Positions 29,250-43,466 of a DNA stretch of 64,000 nt are shown piece after piece. Source of the stretch: Octopus sinensis. Its lineage: Eukaryota. The notes beneath the pieces are model-generated. The model saw nothing but the letters and a program-made list of their open reading frames with translations, did no database searches and had not been told where the DNA came from. The translations under genes and the position numbers were made by a program. The DNA lies in the NCBI RefSeq assembly GCF_006345805.1, contig NC_043012.1:31806001-31870000 (forward strand), written 5' to 3'. The stretch's first letter is position 1. Each line of letters begins with the position of its first letter.

Positions 29250-29575
29250 GACTACTTACTTGTACTTGTGGTGACATTCACCCCGGGCGGGTTGAGTCTG
29301 CTTCTTCTACCATGGAAGAAGTTTCGTGGGAATACGTGAATTTCACAAGCGGTCCCCAACAATCTCGCATGTAGGGACATCCTATTTGCCGCAGATTGTC
29401 CGCAGACGCAGGGACAGAACGACCGAGGAGCCGCCGGTTGCCGAAACAGACACTCCGAGGATTTTCACTAGAGCCCCGTCTGCCGGGTTGTGACCCTAAT
29501 ACCACTCGGTGTCAGATCAATCTGCCTTGGGTGGCCCTACTAGGAACCGAAGTTCCCGACGGCGTAGTCTGACAC
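29250..29575 (-). mobile_element. GC-rich short non-autonomous retroelement, probably RTE-related
   Basis: Minus strand ends in a caagtacaagtaagtag repeat tail and begins with a structured ctacgccgtcgggaac-ttcg-gttcctagtagggccaccc domain; inserted in (TA)n. Confidence 0.5.
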
Positions 29576-29608
<33 letters not shown>

Positions 29609-29746
29609 ATATATATTATATATATATATATATATCTACAGGTTACACTAGCTCAAGAAAAATTGCAATCCCAAACAAAATCAGTACGTGATCTGGGTAT
29701 TGATGCATTTTCCGGTTGCATATTAGTAATTTGTTAATAAAATATT

Positions 29747-29831
<85 letters not shown>

Positions 29832-29863
29832 CATATGTATATATATATACATATATATATATA

Positions 29864-29903
<40 letters not shown>

Positions 29904-29990
29904 GCACACACATATATATATACATATACATATATATATATATATTATATATATACATATACACACACACATATATATATATATATATTA

Positions 29991-30044
<54 letters not shown>

Positions 30045-30080
30045 TATATATATATATTATATATATTATATATATATATA

Positions 30081-30520
30081 ATAAAATATTAGGGAATAAA
30101 TCCAAACTTACAGGGAAAAATCAGATTTAGGATTGAATCCAATTTTATAGTAAAATATTATATTATATTAAATTAGAGATAAAACCACTATTAGGCAAAT
30201 CAAACAATGAAAAACTTAAGCCAATACATAAGATTAATTAATTTATATTATTTTAAATATATATCAAAAGTATTAAAAGTTTAATAAAAGATAATGAGTA
30301 AAACACTACGATCGTTTCATGGCCGTCCAATTCGTAATAATTCGAGTTATGGTTACAGTCAATCTTCAAGTAATTGAAATATTTAGCAATGAACTCATTA
30401 TCTTTTAATACTTTTGATATATATTTAAAATAATATAAATTAATTAATTTTATGTATTGGCTTACGTTTTTCATTGTTTGATTTGCCTAATAGTGGTTTT
30501 ATCTCTAATTTAATATAATA
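30081..30520 (-). mobile_element. Palindromic non-coding element with an HHR-like motif in its loop
   Basis: Arms 30161-30299 and 30393-30520 are inverted; same family as 38263-38662; both flanks are (TA)n. Confidence 0.8.
30303..30373 (-). ncRNA. Decayed minimal hammerhead motif
   Basis: tac TTGAAGA ttgactgt...acggccat GAAA cgatcg TA gtg: palindromic helix III ACGATCGT, GUA site, C3->U change in the core. Confidence 0.55.
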
Positions 30521-30599
30521 TATATATATGTGTGTGTGTGTATATATATATACACACACATAAACATACATGCATAAATATATATATATATAAGTGTAT

Positions 30600-30635
<36 letters not shown>

Positions 30636-30666
30636 CATAAATACATAAACACGTGCAGACACTCAA

Positions 30667-30704
<38 letters not shown>

Positions 30705-30707
<3 letters not shown>

Positions 30708-31765
30708 TCTTTAATTCTTTCAGCTTTAAAGCTGCAGTCATGCTGGGGCACCACCGTTGGCTGTGCTACACTATTAGTTGAAACCTCCTCTGATATGTGG
30801 CATTTAGTTAATGAGGGGGTTTGATGCTGCTGCCCTCATCTGTGTTTTCTGCTGTGAAGTAGGCTCATCTGGAACCTTTAACAAGCGAAGATCCAGTTTT
30901 GTTTTGAAGACACCTACATCCACACCATGCATGTCATTCGGGCATTTTGGAAAGATATTGAAGAACTGTGGGCCCTAAAAATCCAAGCTATTGCTGTAGC
31001 TGTTCCTTTACTTTTATGGTGATGCTGGCATCTTTGGTACTATGCAGTGGCGCCCCGTTCTGCTGTTTGTGTAACATTCAATGCCAAGGTTTGGTGTAAG
31101 ACCTTCTAGGATTCTCCAGATGTATATCCCTGCATACCTTTCCCGCCTTCGCTCCAGAGAGAAGTGGTTTAACTCTTTCAGTCTTTTCCAGTAGCTGATA
31201 TGTTACATTGAGACGATTTGTTTTGTGTTAATTCATTGGATTGTTTCAAGTTCTGCCGTTAATTTTATATTGTGCGGGGACCATAATAGGGAGCAGTAGT
31301 CCAAATGGCTGAGGATGTACGCCTTCCAAAGGACCATCATAGTCTCCTTTTCTCTCGTTTTGAAAGTTTGGATGATCCAACGAGTTACCCGACTACATTT
31401 TATTAACAAATTATTAATATGCACCCGGAAAATGCATCAATACCCAGGTCACGTACTGATTTTGATTCGGGATTGCAATTCTTCTTGGGCTGGTGTACCC
31501 TGTCGTTCAGTTTTGTGTGCTCGTAGCACAGGGCTTGGAACTTTCCTGCATTAAACTGCATGTTGTTGTCCCCAGCTCACCTGTATATTACGTCCATCTC
31601 CTGATGCAGATGCGCAATATTACCAGGATTTTGTATTGTCTAAAATACTTCTGTGTCATTTGTATAGCTAGCGACCTTGGCTACCCGAGCAGCTGAGGGC
31701 ATGTCTGAGAGGACCAGTATAAATAGCAGTGGTCCTAACACGGTGCCCTGTGGAACACCTCTTAC
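30705..31765 (-). mobile_element. 5'-truncated CR1/L2-group LINE, second copy
   Basis: GVPQGTVLGPLLF and YTNDT (decayed YADD), SHLDYCSLLWSPH, LETIQ; colinear with 1890-2757. Confidence 0.88.
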
Positions 31766-32291
31766 TATATGTGTTTCCTTTGAGTTATAACAACTTGCAA
31801 TCGCTGTGTATCCAGTGTAAGCCGAAGCAGTAATCCAAGAGAATTTAGCATTCCAGGAAGTTAATTGAGTGAATCCCCACCTCGACCTATAGGACGTATC
31901 AATATTTAATGCAAGTCCAATGAAAAGATATCCCATATATCGTATTGTTTTTTTTTTATAGTTAAAGTGAATTGAAGCGTTTTGAACGTTTAAGATTAAA
32001 GTAATTTATCAGAATGATAACCAGTAAAAAAAGAAGAGAAGTAAACGAAAATGTAAACAGAGATAAAAGTACTGGAAAGAAGAAGCAAAGCTTAAGGACC
32101 TCATCTTGCCTTCGCCTTTGTCATTATCTTATTCTCTTGCGTGAAACCAATAGAATATTTATCGCCTTTTCTTAATATTCTTAATTCAATGTTTCTTATT
32201 TACTTCATTACACACATACACACACATAGACACTCACGCATACACACCTGCATAAATAGATAGATAGATACATACATACATACACACGCAC

Positions 32292-32371
<80 letters not shown>

Positions 32372-33013
32372 TATTATCTATGTATATATGTATATATATG
32401 TGTAGATATATATATATGTATATGGATTTATATATATTATATATATATATATATGTATCAAACACACATACACACATATATATATATAAATGAAAAATGC
32501 ATTAAATGTGTGTGTATATATATGTATGTGTGTGTGTATCATATATATAATATAGTACTCATTTAGCTTCCTTGCTCGCCAAAGCAAGAGCAATAATTTC
32601 TCCATATAATACAGAATCCTTTATTTTCTTATATATTTGAGGATTTTTATTTCAATGTGTTTTCCTATTGAGATTTCCAGTGAAAAGGCAATACATTTTA
32701 AACATTCTACATGCACAATTTCCAACAAGCACTGACAAAAGTTTATTATTTAACCCATTAAATGATTCCAGGCACGTTGAATAAGAAAATATTCATTCGT
32801 GGCATCAAATTACAAGTGGCGTAGCATAAACCTTTTAAATACTCTGTCAATTGACTTACAAGCCAGGGATGCCAGAACAGTCTTAGACACTCTTTCGACT
32901 ATCACACGCTTGACCAAAACAAACATCGTAAATTTGATATCCAAAGAGGAGACGATTGCTTGTAATTAATCCAGAAGTGGAAAGAAATTTTATATTTAAT
33001 GGTAGGTATTCTT

Positions 33014-33043
<30 letters not shown>

Positions 33044-33044
<1 letters not shown>

Positions 33045-33255
33045 TAATAGGAATGGTATGACAACAAAGAATGAATGAGACCTCGATATTATGTAAATCG
33101 AAGAATTTATCTGTAATATGTGACAATTATTCAGTTGCCATAATAAAACGCCGAGTTTCGGATGTCGGGGTGGAAATCTGCTCCGGTATCTCGTCAGTTA
33201 TGAAGACAGATTGTCTTGATAACTCGGAGTTTTATTATGGCAACCGAATAATTGT

Positions 33256-33262
<7 letters not shown>
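33044..33262 (-). mobile_element. Short palindromic element with an HHR-like motif, in (TA)n
   Basis: Arms 33117-33158 and 33221-33262 are inverted; minus strand has cataa CTGACGA ... cc GAAA ctcggcg TT ttat at 33141-33202. Confidence 0.65.
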
Positions 33263-33290
<28 letters not shown>

Positions 33291-33293
<3 letters not shown>

Positions 33294-33447
33294 TGCAGGG
33301 GTGGCTGTGTGGTTAGTAGCTTGCATACCAACTACATCGTTCCGGGTTCAGTCCCACTGCGTGGCACGCTGGGCAAGCGTCTTCTACTATAGCCTCGGTC
33401 CGACTAAAGCTTTGAATTTGGCAGACGAAAACTGAAAGAAGCCCGTT
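33291..33447 (+). mobile_element. SINE family A head
   Basis: Matches 19358-19502 and 37847-37996. Confidence 0.85.
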
Positions 33448-33471
33448 GTATATATATATATGTATATATAT

Positions 33472-34050
33472 ATTCCTCCCCCCTCCCGTCGTTGACCCGC
33501 GACGAGACTTCCGCTGCTGTCTTTCTGGCCCTCTCAAGGTATGGACGACAATTCTTTTTGCTCCTCTCGTCGTTCATAAAAAAATCCGCGTTCGCAATAC
33601 TTTTTTTCGTTCGGCGTTAACAGCCCTTCTTATCTTGTTTTTCCGTGTCCTGTCTTTTACTGTTTATAATTTGTACTGTCGTTACTGTCCTGTTTTTGTT
33701 ACCATTTTTTACCCCTCTGCGAAAAGATCTCAAAATTTTAATTGATTTGCTTTTCGCAGGAAGGAAAGTTTCTTGTCGAAGATACGTCTCGCTTTCACCT
33801 TTGAAACGTAGAGTAGATGAAACCATAGCGACTGAAGACGGGTTTTTTTCTTTGTGTTAATTGTCCTGTACTCTATTTTTTTGTTGTTTAAAAAATGTCC
33901 AGTTCCTTTGATTTGTGTCTATGTTTTCGTTTCTCATTGTGTTCGATGTCTTTTTGGTGTCCTGTGCTCACATATGCGTGTATATGTACATGTAGAGGTA
34001 GGTACGTACATATATGTTTATATATATGCATATGTTTTATTTTATTTATT
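33472..34050 (+). mobile_element. Unclassified non-coding element between TA tracts, possibly PLE-derived
   Basis: T-rich; ends with three tgtcc(t/a)gt repeats and ttatttatt, like 42640-42765. Confidence 0.4.
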
Positions 34051-37000
34051 AATATATATATATATATATATATATATCATAACATGATTCACTTTACAAA
34101 AAACGGGTGGTTGTGTTAATACTTGTGGTCATGGTGTCATTGCGAAAAGTAAAAAATAAAAATAAAAATAAGAAAACATGAAGAAATTAGTGTATATTGA
34201 GGGGGAATTGGATTGAGTGACCCAAGGTGTGTAAGCCTTTGGTTTTTAGTGGTAACGGCAATCAAGCATGACGCCATGGCCAGATTCAGGTCTTTTGACG
34301 TTGTGTCTGCAAACGTTTAAACACACGCACGAACAACACGTTGAGTCATCCCTCCATAGCCAAACACGCGCTGACCAGCACACGCACACACACTCACGTA
34401 TACAGACACACACACACAAGCACACGCACACACACACATACACACACATATAGGTACACACTTATGCGCTCGTTCGCTCACACGCGCGCTCACTTAGACA
34501 CGCTCACACACACACATACACGGGTACGTAGATGCCCACATCTGTACACACGCTCATACAAATCCACAAACTTAGCGTTTAAACGTTCGTAGCCACAAGG
34601 TCAAAAGGCCTGAACCAGACCGAATACGTTAGTTGCTTTTGCTAGCATTATGCCGAGATGAAGCACATATGTACGTGAACAGTTGGACTGCCTTTGCAAC
34701 TCTCTAGCCGGTGGTGATGCAGAGAGGATAGTACTCTTCCTATGGAGTGAGCTGTGTGATAACTTCACCATGTCTAAATGCATGATAGCCTTTGCAAAAA
34801 ATGATATACGCTGTTGGAATCGAGAAAATACGGGACAACGAAGCTAGCAGCATCGATATGTTAGTAAGATGTTTAGTAGATAATTTTCAGAAATCTAATG
34901 AGTAATGGAGATGGAAAAATCGTCGGAGTAAAGAAAAAGTTTTTACTTTAGTGAACGTCAGTAAAATTACGTACTTGATGTATATTAATGTTTAAACCTG
35001 CAAGAAATGAATTGTTAAAGAAGTAGAAAATACGCAATAGATCATTAAAAAGTAAGAAAAGATAGAATTTAGAGAGTTTAATGTATGGAGTGTGAGGGAA
35101 ATTGTTGAAGTTCACTGATCACAATGAATAGTGGAATCTAGGTGATAAAATATAATCACGGTGTGAAAAATATAACTTGGTAATACCAGGATACAAGAAG
35201 GGTGTTAAATAGGATAAAAAATAATGATAAAGAAAGTAATGTACATTTGCTAAATAAACGCAAAACAACCTAATATGGTAATGATTAAGTGTGAGTGTAA
35301 TTTAATTGTAATGCAACTCACAATATGATAAAACAAAGGCAGGGAATAGACATAAGTTTTGTATAACTGTTTTTATTAGAAGCCCTAATTCAAAAGTGAG
35401 TTAATTATTGAAGTGCCATTTTGGTGAAAATTCTGGGTTTTAATTGGAAAGATCACGTGTTTAAAAGAGAAATCCTTTCATTATGTTTATTTAGTAAATT
35501 AACTTTGGCAAATAGAATAGCCAAGTTTCCCTTGGGCATAAAATACTGTTTCATTCATTAAATAGGGCTGAGCTCTAAATATTATTTTCTTACTATATGT
35601 TTGATGTGTAGTATTATTCTTCTCTCTCCAAGAAAAATTCCAAGAGTTTCCATTTCTCTGTTCAGGTTTCAGGAGGTGTGAGGTGTGGGCCTGGTTTATT
35701 ATTAGACTATGTATATCAGTATTTATGGTCGAAAGTGCAGTTACTAGAGGTTAATACAATTACAAATCATCATCCTGTTTATGTTATCAACATTGGAAGA
35801 AATAAACGTTTCTGCAAAATTATGCATTGTAAGTCTCGATAATTTTATGGTATTTATGATATGTTTCTTCAAAATACATATTAGGAAAATGTAGGAAAAG
35901 GCTTTTACGCCTCAAGAAAACACTACAGCTAAGTTTAAGGAGGATTATACCACCTGATAATTCTTATAAATAAGATGGCGTTCACACTTCCTTACCACCA
36001 GTTTCTTATTTGGCTTCATATCAGATTTCTGATTCGAAACCTTTTACTTACTGTACCTATAAATCTTTTTATATTAGTTTTCTACATACATTATATCGTT
36101 GTTTAACATTATAATGTTAAACAACGATTTCCCAGTTTTATGGCTTCCCTCTTTTCATTTTCCCTTATGTAGAATATTTTATATCTTCTCTTCTGTCCTA
36201 TCAGTAATCCTCATTTAGAGACGTACATATTACTCGTTATGTACTTCGACCTCATATTTATATTCTCTTAATGCTCCACTTTATTACTAGATACTAATAT
36301 ATCTCTAATAGTATGATGATCACTTGTTAAAATCGTTTAATGTAAAAAATACAAGAGCAGTTAGAATGTACAATGTGGTACTCACTTTAAGGAAGAATAA
36401 ATTCTTTATGTTAAATTACTAAAAATTGCTTGCTTAATACCTCACTCTGACCAGTGATTCCATCCGATGACAGGAATCATGAGATTAGCGAAGAATTCAG
36501 AAATCGATTATGTAGGTGATGATTTGGTATGAATTTAAGATGAGGGTGGGTTTCTACGGAAGGTGTTCTGTTTTTCTTTGTTTACTATAACTATTAACGT
36601 AGGTGGTAAACAACCGTTTTCATAGAGAATGTATGAATGGAAAAATCTGGTTATATGCCAGGAGATATTTTCGAAAAGACTATTTTGTATCACTAAAAAA
36701 AGATTAATAAATATCTGTATGCAAATATTTTTTATCTAACCACATGTATTTATGAATTTAATCACCACTGCGTTGAAAAGCAACAAAAATACAGAGCTAT
36801 TCGTGTACAGCGTGGATGAGTAGCCAACTATTCAAACTGCATATCTATTAACGTGAATATAATCATTACAAACTATGGCTTGAAAAGCTAAGCTGATAGT
36901 AGAGAAAAAATCATTTTGTTACTGGCATAAAAAGGAAAAAGAAAACGTCTCAGTGGATTTATTTAATTTGGTAAGCTTCAACGAGGATTTAATGAGATTT

Positions 37001-37129
37001 GTACAATCTGCCAGGCGAAAAATATGTGGAAGTATACTTGAGACAGAGGTGTTCATGTGTATGAATACACGGGCGTGAATATAAACCCACACACCCTCAC
37101 GTATATATAGGTGTATATATATATTATAG

Positions 37130-37160
<31 letters not shown>

Positions 37161-37168
37161 TGTATGTG

Positions 37169-37217
<49 letters not shown>

Positions 37218-37846
37218 ATGTTGTATATATATGTATATATATATGTGTGTGTGTATGCTGTATATATATATGTCTGTCTATGTGTGTATGTATGTATGTT
37301 TGTGTTTGTGCGTGTATGTATATCTATCTATTTAACTATCCATAGATAGATATAGATATACATATACACACAAACACATTGTCAGGCTGTCTGCCTGCCT
37401 GTCTTTCTTTCTCTCTCTATATATATATGTGTGTATAAATATACATGTGTGTGTATGTATATGTGTGCGTGTGTGTGTGCATATGTGCAACTATGGGTAC
37501 TTGTGTATCTGTTCGGGAGCGAATGCAACGAAGAAAAAGATTATGCTGAGATGGATTCAACCAAGTGAACAGTATTACTGCAGTAGTGATAAAGTAACAC
37601 AAAGCATCCTTATCTTCGGGAACATTTACTTAACTCTGCTACTGAAAATACTGTGGAGAACAGACACTGGCCTAGCGAAAGTGTTTAGAAATGTTAACTC
37701 TCCTTCACGGAAATTTCGGTGGTGACTCAACCAAAATTTGCAGCATATAGTCTAGAATTAAAGAATGACCTTAGAGTAAAATTTAATAAATGGAAATTGC
37801 GCAGAGCAGAGCGTGTTATACACGCACACACACACATATATATATA

Positions 37847-38242
37847 TGGCTGTGTGGTAAGTAGCTTGCTTACCAACCACAAGGTTCCGGGTTCATTCCC
37901 ACTGCGTGGCATCTTGAGCAAGTGTCTTCTACTAGAGCCTCGGGTCGATCACACACTTGTGGGTGGATTTGGTAGATGGAAACTGAAAGAAGCCCGTTTT
38001 ACATATATATATATATATATGTGTGTGTTGTGTGTGTGTTTGTGTGTGTGTGTTTGTCCCCTCAACATCGCTTCACAACCGATGCTGGTGTGTTTACGTC
38101 CCCGTAACTTGGCGGCTCGGAAAAAGAGACCGATAGAATGAGTACTAGGCTTCCAAAGAATAAGTTCTGTGGTCGATTTGCTCGACTAAATGCGGTGCTC
38201 CAGCATGCCCACAGTCAGATGACTGAAACAAGTAAAAAAGAA
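37847..38242 (+). mobile_element. Composite SINE family A, near full length
   Basis: Colinear with 19358-19789; B-box-like gggttcattccc; 3' hairpin cagtc-agat-gactg. Confidence 0.88.
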
Positions 38243-38262
38243 TATATATATATATATATATC

Positions 38263-38662
38263 ATATTAAATTAGAGATAAAACCACTATTAGTCAAATCA
38301 AACAGTGAAAAACATAAGCCAATACATAGAATTAATTTAAAAATATAAAAGTTAAAAATAAAAAAATATTTGAATAATTTAAACTTATAAATTTTATATA
38401 TATATATACAAATATATATATATATGTATATATATATATAAAATTTATAAGTTTAAATTATTTAAATAATTTTTTATTTTTAACTTTTATATTTTTAAAT
38501 TAATTTTATGTATTGGCTTATGTTTTTCACTGTTTGATTTGCCTAATATTGGTTTTATCTCTAATTTCATATAATATAATATAATATATTTATACTATAA
38601 AATTGGATTTAATCCTAAATCTAATTTTTCCTGTAAGTTTGGATTTATTCCCTAATATTATT
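38263..38662 (+). mobile_element. Palindromic element, same family as 30081-30520, in opposite orientation
   Basis: Arms ~38263-38400 and ~38436-38575 around a short TA tract; 38576-38662 is the reverse complement of 30081-30165. Confidence 0.82.
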
Positions 38663-38674
38663 ATATATAATATA

Positions 38675-38715
<41 letters not shown>

Positions 38716-38768
38716 TACATATATATATATATATATTATATTATATATATATATGTATATACATATAT

Positions 38769-38804
<36 letters not shown>

Positions 38805-39223
38805 ATATATATATATATATATATAATATATATATATATAATACATACATACATACATACGTACTATATAATACATACATACATACATAAAATATATATA
38901 TATATATATTATATACATATATATACATACATACATAATACATATATATATATTATATAATATATATATATATAATATATATATATGTGTATGTATGTAT
39001 GTATGTATTATATATATATATATGTATGTATGTATGTATTATATTAGTATGTATGTATGTATGTGGTATATATATATATATATATAGATATATATTGTAT
39101 ATATATATATATTATACATATATATATATATATACATACATACATACATACATACATACGTACATATATAATACATACATACATACATATATATTATATA
39201 TATATATATATATTATATATATA

Positions 39224-39255
<32 letters not shown>
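38663..39255. repeat. (TA)n/(TACA)n/(TATG)n array
   Basis: Directly visible. Confidence 0.95.
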
Positions 39256-40077
39256 TCCATGATAAGTTTCTCGGTTAAACATGTTGACGGAACTTTTAAA
39301 GTTATTTTAAACTCTTAGAAAGATACGTTAGATCTGAAATTGCTAAGATTGTTAAAACGAAAGACCCACAAGGTTTACTCCCATAACATTCTCAACATTC
39401 TGCTGGAGAAAATTCACGTCTTATTATTTGAAACCTATTCGAAACCTATTAAATTATGTCCATTGCAGATAAATCATGTTTTGCTTGAACTTCAGTTTGC
39501 CTATCGAATGACATGTAACTTTTTGCAAAGTTTAATAAACTTGCTAATAACATAGTTAAATATTCTATTATATGCTAACTCCATCTAATTAACTTGAATC
39601 ACATATTAATGAGCTATCACTATGAATTGTGATAATGAATTATAAATTTTGTCAATAAAATATGGATTGTTTTATGTGCTTAAGATGCTTAATTCAAGTT
39701 CAAACAGGATTGAATTTTGTTTTTACTGGATTTCCGATAATCTTCGTATCGATACCACCATACAATTATTTACTTTTTGAAGACAACACCAAAACATAAG
39801 CTACAATAAAACCACAGCTATTCAAAACTTTTTATGTTGGATAACCTTTGATATTAACGAAAGCCTCTAGTAAGTTTTAGTACCTGATAGAGCGTAAATA
39901 CACATAGCTGTACTTACAAGTCAGTAACCTCTTTTCAATAAACGCCGCAAATTTATTTAAAATAAGTATCTTAAAACGTAGGTTGTTTGTAGAAACCTTA
40001 TTATTTAGCAATATACATCTATTTAACCATGAACAATTGCAATCTATTTCTTGTCTGATTCCTTTCATCTCCACAAA

Positions 40078-40114
<37 letters not shown>

Positions 40115-40515
40115 CACACACACACACACACACAACACATCCACATAATATATATATATATCTATATATAATATATATATATATATATGTATATATAACC
40201 ATATATAAGGTCTTACTAAACCATAATACTTGTGAAATAATGTCTGAAGAACGTATGCTGGTATAACAATCATAGTTTTGATATTTCACTTTTGCTGTTT
40301 CACAAAATTCGATAGTCTCAAAATTCAAAGTTTACTCATTTTATTTTCTGATTGTTTAGTGTATTTTTACCAGATATACGTAGCACTATGCGTTACGTTA
40401 TAAAAGTATGAAATCTGTATGCCGGTTTATACATACATACACACATATATATATATGTCTTTGCTTATATATATATTCATGCATATAAACAGACAGACAC
40501 TCATACATATACACA

Positions 40516-40553
<38 letters not shown>

Positions 40554-42067
40554 TATATATATATATGCACAGACATATATACACACGTATGTATGCGTCT
40601 GTCTATATATATTTGAGTGTGTGCGCGCTCGTGTGTAGAAGAGGTAATTGATATATGTTTATGTATACACATATTTGCTCGCATGCATACATATATGTAT
40701 ATACATACAATATGAATGCACAATATGCACACATAAGCATATATTTTTATACAATAACACATCATACACATATACAGACGGAAACACATTTTTATAAATG
40801 TACATGCATATAGACATCAAAGTATATATATATATTTATGTATATATATATATATAATATTATATATGTATATATATATATATATAAATACCTATAGCAG
40901 CTACACATATATATATATATATTTATATATATATAAGTACCAAGAGACACTAATTATAATTAAATAAAAGTATGTTTAATTAAGATGAGATAATAAAAGG
41001 AAGGAATGGTTATAAAGGAAGAAAATCATAATTAAAAAGCATTTTGATAATAAAACAAAATTCAAAATGTAAAAACATACCATAAAACGAAGCTGAGTCT
41101 TAAATGAACGATAGACAGAAATAAATCTATCGATCGACTTAGACTATAATGTATGGTAAATATATGTGTAATTTTTCTCATACTGTCGGATTTAATTATA
41201 TTATTGCCACTATTTTAATATCTGCTTTGTATTAGTATTATATTTTGTTACCAGTATTTTGTATAAAATAATGCTTAAATTGATTTAATGAACTGCATAT
41301 ATCTAGTCCTTCTCCTGTGCAAAGAATCTAATTTTTACTGTCATCTTGTTAAATAGTATGATTCATGATAAGTTAGTCCTGAATGCACACACAGTGCGAT
41401 TACTTGTATGGTCGAAGTTTTATGTTTATCCTTATAAACGTGTCAAAGTGCGCATAGCATTATTTAAATTTTGTGGAAGAGTCTATATAATATAAATTCT
41501 ACCAATTAGGTTACTTCAACCAATTATACCCAAATGATTTTTACCTGTTTGAAATGCTCAATAATAAATGATTGGAAATCGTAATAGAAATACCATTTTC
41601 CGCGTGTTCTTTTATAAATATTGCTGTAGAATCATTACCGCCTAGGAAAAAAATGATTAGGAATATTTCACCGGGTTCCTTATATTCTGAGCTCAAATTC
41701 TATCGAGGTCGACTATACACGTCCAGCGTTAGGGATATAACATGAATGTAACCTTACCCAAAATTCCAAGCTGTGTCTATAATAGTAAGAATTGTAACTA
41801 GACACAGATTCCTTATTCGGTTTATTATACGATATAAACTATTTTACATTAGTAGATTTGCTAATACTAACTTTTCCAAGGGAGAGGAAACAAGTTAATG
41901 AAATCTTGGTTTTAAATTAATGCCACTAAAATAGATGCTTTAATTAGAATATCTCGATACTTATATGCGATATATACAGATGTATGTCTGTTATGTACTG
42001 TTATATCAATACTGAGGTCTATTTGTATTTGCATCGCTACATATTTACTCCTTTGTGTGTTCTGGCG

Positions 42068-42142
<75 letters not shown>

Positions 42143-42450
42143 GGTGTGTGTGTTGGTGTGTGTGTATGTGTGTGTGTTTGTGTATGTGGGTGTCGGTGTA
42201 TATATATATGGACATATACAGACATATATATATATATACATGTATATGTCTGTGTGTATATGTATATATATATATATATATGCAAAATTTAGAGGACTAA
42301 CCACTAAAAGTGGACAGTTTATATGCTAGATATAGTCGTCAAAACCGCTATTTTCCACGAAGAATGTGTTCTCAAGAAAAAAACTCAACAAAAAAACCAA
42401 AGTGTAAAAATAAGCAAGACAAATGAAAATATACGAAATAAAAAACAATT

Positions 42451-42529
42451 AACTATGTACTAATTAGTTTCACTTGTTAATATTCACGTATATGTACACG
42501 CGAACATCTGCAAAATCATCAGCATAGTC
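42451..42529 (-). ncRNA. Type I hammerhead ribozyme (left-arm copy)
   Basis: Reverse complement of 43389-43466, with a small difference in the helix II loop. Confidence 0.75.
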
Positions 42530-42764
42530 TGTCGTTTACAAAATACAATTTCCAGAACTTAGATACAGAACGCTCAACCAAAATCCATTATGTATATAGT
42601 TCTACAAATTATATTTATGTGAATCTTTCAACTCAATACATGTCCTGTACTTATTTTGTATGTTCTAGCATTTTGTCCTGTACTCGTTTCTTGTGTATTT
42701 CTCGTATTTTTCACTCGTTAGTGATGTCCTGTACTTAATATGTATTATTTATTTATATGTTTAA

Positions 42765-42801
<37 letters not shown>

Positions 42802-42967
42802 TGTATATATAATATATATATATGCATATATATATGTATATATATATATATGTATGTATATATATATGTATATATTATATATGTATTATATATATATATG
42901 TATATTTATTTATATGTTTAAATATATAATATATATAATATGTATATATATATATGTATGTATTATA

Positions 42968-43008
<41 letters not shown>

Positions 43009-43056
43009 TTATATATATATATACATACATATATATATATATACATATATATATGC

Positions 43057-43160
<104 letters not shown>

Positions 43161-43388
43161 CATATAAATAAATAATACATATTAAGTACAGGACATCACT
43201 AACGAGTGAAAAATACGAGAAATACACAAGAAACGAGTACAGGACAAAATGCTAGAACATACAAAATAAGTACAGGACATGTATTGAGTTGAAAGATTCA
43301 CATAAATATAATTTGTAGAACTATATACATAATGGATTTTGGTTGAGCGTTCTGTATCTATTTCTGGAATTGTATTTTGTAAACGACA

Positions 43389-43466
43389 GACTATGCTGAT
43401 GATTTTGCAGATGTTCGCGTGTACTATACGTGAATATTAACAAGTGAAACTAATTAGTACATAGTT
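43389..43466 (+). ncRNA. Type I hammerhead ribozyme (right-arm copy)
   Basis: gactatg CTGATGA [43-nt hairpin with many G-U pairs] GAAA ctaattag TA catagtt: 7-bp helix I, intact core, palindromic helix III ACTAATTAGT, GUA site with predicted cut after 43459. Confidence 0.78.
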
